Assembly: GCA_034723415.1 (NCBI GenBank)
Contig: JAYEOX010000120.1
Location: 1-11,872 of the forward strand
DNA length: 11,872 bases
Origin: Fidelibacterota bacterium
Lineage (GTDB): Bacteria > Fidelibacterota > Fidelibacteria > Fidelibacterales > Fidelibacteraceae
Reading direction: 5' to 3'
The notes under the pieces are model-generated. The model saw only the letters and a program-made list of their open reading frames with translations, was not told where the DNA came from and made no database searches. A program made the position numbers and the translations under genes. Positions 1 to 7,188 of this stretch are shown here, piece by piece. How positions within the stretch are numbered: position 1 is the first letter of the stretch; every line of letters begins with the position of its first letter.

Positions 1-400
1 GTTTGTCATTAATATAAAGTTCTAATTTTAATTTTGTAATATCACCTGAAAATTTCACAAATTCACTAAACACTGCCGACTTGTCAAATGCCTTAGATCT
101 TTCCCAAGGATGTCCGTTATTTTTCAGGCGAATCTGTTCATCTGCTTTTGTGAGATCCAAACCAAATCCAACACCGGAAATTTTTTCATCATTAATCAAA
201 AAACTTATTTCACTTTCAAATCTAACTTTATCATTTATAAAAAACAAGTCATCACTAATAGCAGAATTTGGTTTGTTGAATATGACAATACCCGATGGTT
301 TTTTACTATCCAATTCTTGAATATGTTCTGCATAATTCATACCAACACATACGATTTTACTTGGAGTTATCCTCTTATTTTTTAAAATTATATGATTCAT
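1..400 (-). CDS. Fumarylacetoacetate hydrolase (FAH) family protein, 5' part; truncated by the left window edge
   Basis: Not in the ORF track. Manual translation from the ATG at 400 (AAAGGT RBS-like sequence upstream) gives MNHIILKNKRITPSKIVCVGMNYAEHIQEL...IFNKPNSAI...RFESEISF...GVGFGLDLT...GHPWERSKAFDKSAVFS. This matches the FAH-family motifs KIVCVGxNYxxH, FxKP, ExE, GLDLT and PWxxxKxFD. Confidence 0.92.
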   Translation of the reverse strand, partial: MNHIILKNKRITPSKIVCVGMNYAEHIQELDSKKPSGIVIFNKPNSAISDDLFFINDKVRFESEISFLINDEKISGVGFGLDLTKADEQIRLKNNGHPWERSKAFDKSAVFSEFVKFSGDITKLKLELYINDK

Positions 401-532
401 TTTTTACCTTTATTTTTACATAATTTTTATAAACCGTAGTTAAGTTACAATTTTCATATTCGCCTTTCATAAAGTGTTTTCATTAAAATTTATGCAACAA
501 AATTTTTTGTGTTCTTCATAAATATTTGTCAT

Positions 533-561
533 TTTCGTATATTTTTCGTGTTCTTCGTGGC
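533..561 (-). repeat. GCCACGAA-type short-period repeat (family A)
   Basis: Minus strand GCCACGAAGAACACGAAAAATATACGAAA; related copies at 2547-2565, 3319-3346 and 6179-6186. Confidence 0.75.
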
Positions 562-581
562 AGTATTAAAACAATATATTT

Positions 582-1046
582 CTATTTCAATTCCTTAAAC
601 AAATTCCCCATTTCAATAGCATTCATAACAGCATCCCAGCCCTTGTTTCCCGATTTTGTTCCGGCTCGTTCTAATGCCTGTTCAATCGTATCGGTAGTTA
701 TCACACCGAATATTACGGGCTTTGTATTTTGCAGTGATACATTTGCAATACCCTTTGAAACTTCGCTTGCAATAAAATCAAAATGTGGAGTTGACCCGCG
801 AATAACTGCACCAAGACAAACGATAACATCATATTGTTTTTTCTTCGCTAAAACTTGTGCAATCAATGGAATTTCAAAAGCACCCGGCACCCAAACCGTT
901 GAAAAATTATCATCAATTCCTTCATGTCTCAACCAACAATCTTTTGCACCATTCAAAAGTTCTTTCGTCACAAGGTCATTAAAACGACTTATAACTACAC
1001 CAACTTTCAATCCCTTTGCATTTAATTTCCCTTCAAAATTTCTCAT
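582..1046 (-). CDS. ribH: 6,7-dimethyl-8-ribityllumazine synthase
   Basis: 154 aa with SRFN, VPGAFEIP, LGAVIRGSTPHFDFI, FGVITTD and AGTKSGNKG motifs; AAGGAG RBS upstream. Confidence 0.98.
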   Translation of the reverse strand: MRNFEGKLNAKGLKVGVVISRFNDLVTKELLNGAKDCWLRHEGIDDNFSTVWVPGAFEIPLIAQVLAKKKQYDVIVCLGAVIRGSTPHFDFIASEVSKGIANVSLQNTKPVIFGVITTDTIEQALERAGTKSGNKGWDAVMNAIEMGNLFKELK

Positions 1047-1109
1047 CTCTTCTCCTTTGGGCTTTCGCCTTTTTTCGTTTGTATTAATTTTCTTTAATTA
1101 TTTTTTATG

Positions 1110-1195
1110 CCTTTGTGTCTTTGTAAAAGTTCAGCTATATAATTCCTTTGTATCTTTGCGTCTTCTTGCACTGAGCAATGTCGAAGTGTGCGAGA
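1110..1195 (-). repeat. CGCAAAG/ACAAAG-type repeats (family B) with a nested CTTCGAC..GCTCAG hairpin (family C)
   Basis: Plus strand CTTTGTGTCTTTGT (1110-1123) and CTTTGTATCTTTGCGTCTT-[CTTGCACTGAGCAATGTCGAAGTG]-TGCGAGA (1146-1195). Confidence 0.7.
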
Positions 1196-1202
1196 AACTC
1201 CC

Positions 1203-2408
1203 CTAAATCAAATGCCCCATCTTATCTTTTTTTGTTTCCATATATTTTTTGTTATGTTTTTTTATAGGAATTATTAATGGAACTCTTTCCACAACTTCTA
1301 AATCATATCCTGAAAGACCAACAATTTTCTGTGGATTATTTGTAATTAATCTCATTTTTTTTACACCAAGTGCTTTTAAAATTTGTGCACCGATTCCATA
1401 TTCTCTTAAATCAGCTTTGAATCCAAGTTCATGATTTGCTTCAACAGTATCCAATCCATTGTCCTGTAATTTATAAGCTCTGATCTTATGTTTCAAACCA
1501 ATTCCGCGGCCCTCTTGTCGCAGATAAAGCAAAACTCCATTTCCCTCCTTTTCTATCATTCGCATTGCTTCATCTTTTTGATCACCGCAATCACATCTTG
1601 CAGAACCAAAAACATCGCCTGTTAAACATTCGCTATGAACTCTGACCAAAATAGGTTTGTTTGGATTGATTTCACCCTTGAAAATAGCGAGATGATGCAA
1701 TTTTTTTATTGATTCTTCATAAAGCGATAATTTGAACTCACCAAATTCATTTGGAAAATCTACTTCTGAAATCTTTTTTACTAACTTCTCTTTTTTGCGT
1801 CTATATTTGATCAAATCGGCAATTGTTACAATTTTCAAATTGTGCTTTTGGGAAAATTCCATCAAATGCGGCATACGCGCCATTGTTCCGTCTTCGTTCA
1901 TTATTTCACACATTACAGCTACGGGTTGTAAGCCGGCTAATCTACACAGATCTGTAGATGCTTCCGTATGACCGGTACGATATAAAACACCACCATCTTT
2001 TGCAATTATGGGGAAAATATGTCCGGGCCTCGCCAAATCGGTTTTTACTGCTTTGGGATCTGCGATTGTCTTGATCGTTTCACATCTATCTTTTGCGGAA
2101 ATTCCTGTCGTCACATTTTTTATAGCATCTACACTAATAGTAAAATTGGTTTTATGCAACGATGTGTTTTCGTGTACCATTTTATGCAGATCTAATTTTT
2201 TTGCAATTTTATCATTGATCGCTGTGCAAAGTAACCCTCGTGCATTTTTTACTATGAAATTTACAGATTCCGAAGTTACTTTTTCTGCTGCTTGAATTAT
2301 ATCGCCTTCGTTTTCTCTGTCCGGATTATCAACAACAATTATCATTTTCCCCTGTTGTAAATCAATAATTGCTTCTTCAATTGTATTTACTTTAAATTCT
2401 TTTTCCAT
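1203..2408 (-). CDS. ribBA: Bifunctional 3,4-dihydroxy-2-butanone-4-phosphate synthase / GTP cyclohydrolase II
   Basis: 401 aa. N-terminal DRENEGD, RPGHIFP, GHTEA and CEIMNEDG (DHBP synthase). C-terminal RVHSECLTGDVFGSARCDCG, QEGRGIGL and TNNP (GCH II). Confidence 0.98.
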   Translation of the reverse strand: MEKEFKVNTIEEAIIDLQQGKMIIVVDNPDRENEGDIIQAAEKVTSESVNFIVKNARGLLCTAINDKIAKKLDLHKMVHENTSLHKTNFTISVDAIKNVTTGISAKDRCETIKTIADPKAVKTDLARPGHIFPIIAKDGGVLYRTGHTEASTDLCRLAGLQPVAVMCEIMNEDGTMARMPHLMEFSQKHNLKIVTIADLIKYRRKKEKLVKKISEVDFPNEFGEFKLSLYEESIKKLHHLAIFKGEINPNKPILVRVHSECLTGDVFGSARCDCGDQKDEAMRMIEKEGNGVLLYLRQEGRGIGLKHKIRAYKLQDNGLDTVEANHELGFKADLREYGIGAQILKALGVKKMRLITNNPQKIVGLSGYDLEVVERVPLIIPIKKHNKKYMETKKDKMGHLI

Positions 2409-2464
2409 TATTTTCCTTTCATATTTTGTTTATTCGTTTCACTTTTCAGCAACGGTTTTTTATC

Positions 2465-2631
2465 TCTCGCAAAGTCGCAAAGGGATGTTTATTGATTAGT
2501 GGTTTAATAGTTTAGATTAGAATCAGCGAAAACCAGTGTCTTATTCTTTCGTGTACTTTCGTGGCAATGCTTCGGCTCCGCTCAGCAACCGGCTTAATCT
2601 CAACCTTAACCTTATAACCTCAACCTCAACC
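2465..2631. repeat. Mosaic repeat cluster between ribE and ribBA
   Basis: TCTCGCAAAGTCGCAAAG (2465-2482), TTTCGTGTACTTTCGTGGC (2547-2565), TGCTTCGGCTCCGCTCAGCA (2568-2587) and a TYAACC hexamer run (2594-2631). Confidence 0.75.
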
Positions 2632-3261
2632 ATACCCCCACGATTTTAATTTTGATTCAGTTAACGGTGCTTTCGTTCCATCAAGATAATTTTGTATATA
2701 TTTGGCAAAGAAGTCAAATTCAATATTGACTTTATCCTTAACTTTTTTATACTTTAAATTTGTATTATTTAAAGTATGTGGAATCACTGCTGCCAAAATT
2801 CTATTTTCTGTTTTCTCTGCAATTGTTAAAGAAATTCCATCAATTGCAATGCTTCCTTTTTCAATTGTATAAGTGTTTTTCCCATTTGGCAAAATTATTT
2901 CCAGCTCTACAGAATCCGACAATTTTGTTATTTTTCCTATCGTGCCAATTCCGTCAATGTGGCCCTGAACAATGTGTCCTCCTAATCTGTCATTTATTTT
3001 CATTGCTCGTTCTAAATTGACAAATTCACTATTTCGCCAATTTAAAATTGTGCTTTTTTGCATTGTTTCTCTTACCGCTTGAACTGTAAATGAATTCGTT
3101 TTAATATCAATAACAGTCAGACAAATACCGTTTATTGAAATAGAATCATCAACTTTTGAATCTGTTAAGATTTTTTTGGCTTTGATTGACAAATTTATTT
3201 TGTCTTGTTGTCTAACTATGTTTTCTATTGTGCCAATCTCTTCAATCAAACCTGTAAACAT
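2626..3261 (-). CDS. ribE: Riboflavin synthase (alpha chain; ribE in Bacillus naming, ribC in E. coli naming)
   Basis: 211 aa with the MFTGLIEE N-terminus and the SINGICLTV, VNLERAM, LGGHIVQGHID, KGSIAIDGISLT and IPHT motifs. Confidence 0.98.
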   Translation of the reverse strand: MFTGLIEEIGTIENIVRQQDKINLSIKAKKILTDSKVDDSISINGICLTVIDIKTNSFTVQAVRETMQKSTILNWRNSEFVNLERAMKINDRLGGHIVQGHIDGIGTIGKITKLSDSVELEIILPNGKNTYTIEKGSIAIDGISLTIAEKTENRILAAVIPHTLNNTNLKYKKVKDKVNIEFDFFAKYIQNYLDGTKAPLTESKLKSWGYG

Positions 3262-3318
3262 TTATTTTGTCCTCTCATTTTTTGTAATTATCTTCATACT
3301 CTTTTATATTTTACATTC

Positions 3319-3369
3319 TTTCGTGATTTTTCGTGTTTTTCGTGGCTATATTCTTCTTTGTGACTTTGC
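3319..3369 (-). repeat. Family A and family B repeats between ribD and ribE
   Basis: Plus strand TTTCGTGATTTTTCGTGTTTTTCGTGGC (3319-3346) and CTTTGTGACTTTGC (3356-3369). Confidence 0.75.
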
Positions 3370-3380
3370 CGACCAATATT

Positions 3381-4466
3381 TCAATATTCATTAATAATCC
3401 CGGTAAACAAAACATTGTCATCAATTATTTCCCAATTTATTTTTTTGAATATCTCTGAATTTTTAACCTTATTTTTTTTAAATTTCATCATTGGAACTCC
3501 ATTTCCGAATACTTTAGAAGAATAAAACAGATCAATCCTATCAACCAAATCATTTTCTATAAGTAACGATTGTAGTTTTCCGCCACCTTCTACCATTATT
3601 GACTGAATATTTTTCTTGGCTAAAATTTTCAATATTCTTTGCAACTCTTTTCCATCACTATTTTTCATTTCCAATATTTCAATTTCGTTTACTTCACACA
3701 TTTTTTTATATTTTTGTGAAAGTATTTTATTTGTTATTACAATTGTTTTAATTTCATTTGCTGTCTTCGTAATTTGCAACTTATCAATAAGTGAAGCAGA
3801 TGAATCGTAAATAATTCTCGTTGGATTTTTACCGCTAACTTCTCTAACATTAAGCATTGGATCATCTTTTAAAACTGTTCCAATTCCAACCATAACCGCA
3901 TCGTAATCTGCTCGCCATTTGTGAACCAATTTTCTTGATTTGGCATTGCTTATCCATTTTGAATCGCCATTACTATCTGCAATAAATCCATCTAAACTAA
4001 GTGCTGATTTTAAAATAATATATGGCAATTTAAATTTAGTTGCCTTTGTATATGGCTGATTTATTTTTCGAGCATCCGATTCAAGAATTCCAATTTTGAC
4101 TTCAATTCTATTTTCCTGCAGAATTTTTATTGATTCCCCTGACATTTGTGGATTTGGATCCTTCATCGCAATTATTACTTTTTTTATTTTTTCTTTAATA
4201 ATTTGTTCAGTACAAGGTGGCGTTTTCCCATAATGATTGCATGGTTCAAGTGTAACAAACATTGTAGAATCTATTACACTTTCAGTTGCATTTTCAATAG
4301 CTTCAACTTCGGCATGTTTCCCACCAAAATAATTATGAAATCCCTCGCCGATTATTTTATCATCTTTTACAATTACAGCACCAACTGCAGGATTTGGGCT
4401 GACTCCCCCAATTCCTCGTTTGGCAAGCTCAATTGCTTTTTTCATATATTTATTTTCATCATTCAT
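3381..4466 (-). CDS. ribD: Bifunctional diaminohydroxyphosphoribosylaminopyrimidine deaminase / reductase
   Basis: 361 aa. PNPAVGAVIV, HAE and TLEPCNHYGKTPPC zinc-deaminase motifs; SLDG, SKWIS, GTVLKDDP and VEGGG reductase motifs. Confidence 0.98.
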   Translation of the reverse strand: MNDENKYMKKAIELAKRGIGGVSPNPAVGAVIVKDDKIIGEGFHNYFGGKHAEVEAIENATESVIDSTMFVTLEPCNHYGKTPPCTEQIIKEKIKKVIIAMKDPNPQMSGESIKILQENRIEVKIGILESDARKINQPYTKATKFKLPYIILKSALSLDGFIADSNGDSKWISNAKSRKLVHKWRADYDAVMVGIGTVLKDDPMLNVREVSGKNPTRIIYDSSASLIDKLQITKTANEIKTIVITNKILSQKYKKMCEVNEIEILEMKNSDGKELQRILKILAKKNIQSIMVEGGGKLQSLLIENDLVDRIDLFYSSKVFGNGVPMMKFKKNKVKNSEIFKKINWEIIDDNVLFTGIINEY

Positions 4467-4495
4467 AAAAAAACTCCAAATATAACCTTTGGAGT
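4467..4495 (-). terminator. Riboswitch expression platform: intrinsic terminator hairpin overlapping the ribD RBS
   Basis: The minus strand reads ACTCCAAA-GGTTATA-TTTGGAGT-TTTTTT-ATG: an 8-bp stem, then a U tract, then the ribD start. GGAG lies in the 3' arm of the stem. Confidence 0.85.
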
Positions 4496-4503
4496 AAAAA
4501 TTA

Positions 4504-4625
4504 ATTATCTTTTATCATCCGGACTATAACCGTCGGCGACCGAATTTCACGATCTCAATTCCATTTTTTCGGAACTCGCGGGCTTTTACCGCCGGAAGGG
4601 AAACTCTCCCTACCCCAAAGACAAT
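4504..4625 (-). ncRNA. FMN riboswitch (RFN element) aptamer
   Basis: The minus strand reads TCTTTGGGGTAGGGAGAGTTTCCCTTCCGGCGGTAAAAGCCCGCGAG-TTCC...GGAA-TTGAGATCGTGAAATTCGGTCGCCGACGGTTATAGTCCGGATGATAAAAGA, matching the RFN P1-P6 pattern. It lies directly upstream of ribD. Confidence 0.97.
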
Positions 4626-4628
4626 CAA

Positions 4629-4656
4629 AAAATACAAAATTTATTTGTAAATGCAA
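4629..4656 (-). promoter_or_regulatory. Candidate promoter of the rib operon
   Basis: TTGCAT-N16-TATTTT ends a few bases before the aptamer 5' end. The position fits, but the match is weak in AT-rich DNA. Confidence 0.4.
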
Positions 4657-4763
4657 ATTATTTTTATGATTTTTTTTAATTATAGATATTTGTAAATATG
4701 GATATGAAAACATTCGTATCTATTAGCGTAATTTGTGCCTAAAAATAAAAAATAAGATTATTC

Positions 4764-4792
4764 TTGACAAATCAATTAAACTTAATTATAAT
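4764..4792 (+). promoter_or_regulatory. Consensus sigma70 promoter for rho
   Basis: TTGACA (4764-4769), 17-nt spacer, TATAAT (4787-4792), with an A-rich UP-like tract upstream (about 4741-4755). Confidence 0.88.
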
Positions 4793-4875
4793 ATGATACT
4801 AAATTCAAAAAGAAAATTATTAAAAAAGTACAATAAGCAATTATTGCAAAAAACGAATTTCAAATCAATATAAAA

Positions 4876-6174
4876 ATGGAAGAGAATATGGCAAACTCAA
4901 ATCAAAATAATATGGAAAAACAATTTCATTCTATTTCAGAATTACAAAAATTAAAAAGTGGCAACTTAAAACAACTTGGTAAACAATTATATGTCCCAGG
5001 TACACGAAGTATGAATAAACACGATCTGGTTTATAAAATATTAGAAGCAGAAGTTGAATTAAAAGGGAAAATTTTTGTGCACGGTGTATTAGAAGTATTA
5101 AAAGATGGTTTTGGATTTATTCGCGATACTAAAAATAACTATTTACAAAACGAATATGATACCTATATTTCTGCTTCACAAATTAAAAAGTTCTCCTTAA
5201 AAAGCGGCCATATCATATCAGGCGAGTCAAGACCACCAAAGAACAGTGAAAAGTTTTTTTCTCTGCTTAAAATATTGTCTATTAACGATCAAGATCCCAA
5301 TGATGCAAAAATCCATTTACCTTTTGATAATTTGACTCCTTTATATCCGGAAGAACATTTAAATTTGGAAACCAAATCAGAACATTATTCAATGAGAATT
5401 ATGGATTTGCTTACACCAATTGGCAAAGGACAAAGAGGTCTAATAGTTGCTCAACCCAAAACAGGGAAAACAGTTCTTTTACAACAAATTGCAAATAGTA
5501 TTTTAATTAATCATCCGAACACGACCTTAATTGTTTTACTTATTGATGAGCGACCTGAAGAAGTAACCGATATGCAAAGACATGTGCATGCCGAAGTTAT
5601 TAGCTCAACTTTTGACGAACCACCCGAGGCCCATGTACAGGTAGCAGAAATGGTTTTATCAAAAGCTAAACGAATAGTAGAATATGGTAAAGATGTTGTT
5701 ATTTTACTAGATAGTATCACAAGATTAGGAAGAGCATATAACTCTATCGTCCCTCATTCCGGAAAAATCCTTTCCGGTGGTATTGATAGTAACGCTCTAC
5801 ATAGACCAAAACGCTTTTTTGGTTCGGCACGCAACATTGAAGGGGGCGGCAGTTTAACAATAATCGCAACTGCATTAATAGATACCGGCAGTAAAATGGA
5901 CGATGTGATTTTTGAAGAGTTTAAAGGTACCGGTAATATGGAATTAGTTCTAGATAGAAGATTAACAGATCGTCGTATTTACCCATCTATTGATGTAAAT
6001 CGTTCCGGTACAAGAAAAGAAGAACTCTTAATGACAAAATCAGAATTGGCAAGAATTTGGATATTAAGAAAATTATTAAACGAAATGAGCCCTATAGAAG
6101 CAATGGAATTTTTAATTGGGAAATTATCGAATTCAAAAACAAATAAGGACTTTTTAAGAAAGATGAACGGGTAA
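4876..6174 (+). CDS. rho: Transcription termination factor Rho
   Basis: [31 protein letters not shown] (Walker A), [19 protein letters not shown] and [11 protein letters not shown]. An alternative start at the ATG at 4888 is preceded by GGAAGAG. Confidence 0.99.
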   Translation: MEENMANSNQNNMEKQFHSISELQKLKSGNLKQLGKQLYVPGTRSMNKHDLVYKILEAEVELKGKIFVHGVLEVLKDGFGFIRDTKNNYLQNEYDTYISASQIKKFSLKSGHIISGESRPPKNSEKFFSLLKILSINDQDPNDAKIHLPFDNLTPLYPEEHLNLETKSEHYSMRIMDLLTPIGKGQRGLIVAQPKTGKTVLLQQIANSILINHPNTTLIVLLIDERPEEVTDMQRHVHAEVISSTFDEPPEAHVQVAEMVLSKAKRIVEYGKDVVILLDSITRLGRAYNSIVPHSGKILSGGIDSNALHRPKRFFGSARNIEGGGSLTIIATALIDTGSKMDDVIFEEFKGTGNMELVLDRRLTDRRIYPSIDVNRSGTRKEELLMTKSELARIWILRKLLNEMSPIEAMEFLIGKLSNSKTNKDFLRKMNG

Positions 6175-6244
6175 TTAAGCCACGAATAAAAAACTCTACC
6201 GCAGAGTCACAAAATCGCTAAAACAAATTTAAAGATCTTATTTT

Positions 6245-6307
6245 GTGTTAGAAAAAATGCCATGTCTGATAGATATGCATTTCTATTTGAATAAAATGTT
6301 CTAACAC
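6245..6307. terminator. Possible terminator or hairpin between convergent rho and birA
   Basis: Imperfect stem AAATGC-C-ATGTCT-GAT-AGATAT-GCATTT (6255-6282), enclosed by the inverted repeat GTGTTAGAA (6245-6253) / TTCTAACAC (6299-6307). Confidence 0.35.
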
Positions 6308-6308
6308 T

Positions 6309-7106
6309 TTACTCAATTTCACCAATTGAAAATAATTCTTGTTGACCATTAACTTCACAAACTAAATAACCATTTTGCGAGAATTCTAAAGGTCGCACTA
6401 AAATAGTTTTGTCATCTTTGGTAAATTTTATTTTTTCATTTCTTTTATATATACTTTTATTTAAACGGATTAAATATTTGTGAAAATTGTCCTTATTATA
6501 TTCATTATAATAATAGTTAATTTTATTAATTAGCGACTGTAAAATATTATATACATTGCTTTTTTTGTAAATAATTTCTTTTAATGAAATTGGTGGATTG
6601 CTAAAAATAGTTCCTCTTGAAAATGTATTATTGACATTAATACCAATACCAATAACTAACCTGATTTTTTCTCCTTGAATTTTCGTTTGAGTAAGTATTC
6701 CGCATATTTTTTTGTCTTTATAATAAATATCATTTGGCCATTTAATTTTAAAATTTTGAAAATCATTAGTTAATTCTTCCAATTCTTCTTTCACAGCCAA
6801 AGCTGTCAAAACAACAAATCTATAGAATTTTTGTAAATCATCAACTTGTTGAAATAAAATTGAAAAATATAATCCGCCTTTTTGGGAATCCCATTTTCTA
6901 TTATATCTTCCAACTCCTTCGGTTTGAATATCTGCAAATAAAATATCTCCGTTAGAAAATATTCCATCAGCGTTATCTAAAATTATAGTATTTGTAGAAA
7001 TTATCTCTTTACAATGATATATGTTTCCCCCAATAGCCAACTCGTTATGTTTTTTTAATGTGATTTTTTCTATTTTATTCATTAATATTCTTAGCTTATC
7101 TCCCAT
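6309..7106 (-). CDS. birA: Biotin--[acetyl-CoA-carboxylase] ligase lacking an N-terminal HTH (group I BPL)
   Basis: STN, QTEGVGRYNRKW, GGLYFS, IKWPNDIY, KKICGIL and IGIGINVN motifs. The start may instead be the ATG at 7082. Confidence 0.93.
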   Translation of the reverse strand: MGDKLRILMNKIEKITLKKHNELAIGGNIYHCKEIISTNTIILDNADGIFSNGDILFADIQTEGVGRYNRKWDSQKGGLYFSILFQQVDDLQKFYRFVVLTALAVKEELEELTNDFQNFKIKWPNDIYYKDKKICGILTQTKIQGEKIRLVIGIGINVNNTFSRGTIFSNPPISLKEIIYKKSNVYNILQSLINKINYYYNEYNKDNFHKYLIRLNKSIYKRNEKIKFTKDDKTILVRPLEFSQNGYLVCEVNGQQELFSIGEIE

Positions 7107-7188
7107 TAAAATTCTTATGTTAATTTATCATTTTTTTTGTATTTTCAAAAATAAAATCGTAATATATGAGTTAAAAATTGGAGGGAAT

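Noticed and set aside
81..385. Two short plus-strand ORFs (79 and 91 aa)
   Set aside because: Antisense to the FAH-family gene on the minus strand.
526..1206. 226-aa plus-strand ORF
   Set aside because: Antisense shadow of ribH with no recognisable motifs.
1249..4529. Several short plus-strand ORFs within the rib genes
   Set aside because: All are antisense to well-supported rib CDSs and lack family motifs.
4504..6174. Functional link between the FMN riboswitch and the adjacent rho gene
   Set aside because: The riboswitch has its own intrinsic terminator and points away from rho. Adjacency alone is not evidence.
6890..6930. BirA GVGR in place of the GRGR motif as a sign of inactivation
   Set aside because: The second, biotin-binding arginine and the KWPND and KxxGIL motifs are retained, and the first position is known to vary.
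7021..7188. 56-aa N-terminal extension of EtfB in the ORF track
   Set aside because: It overlaps birA on the opposite strand. EtfB similarity starts at the GTG at 7189, which has a GGAGG RBS.
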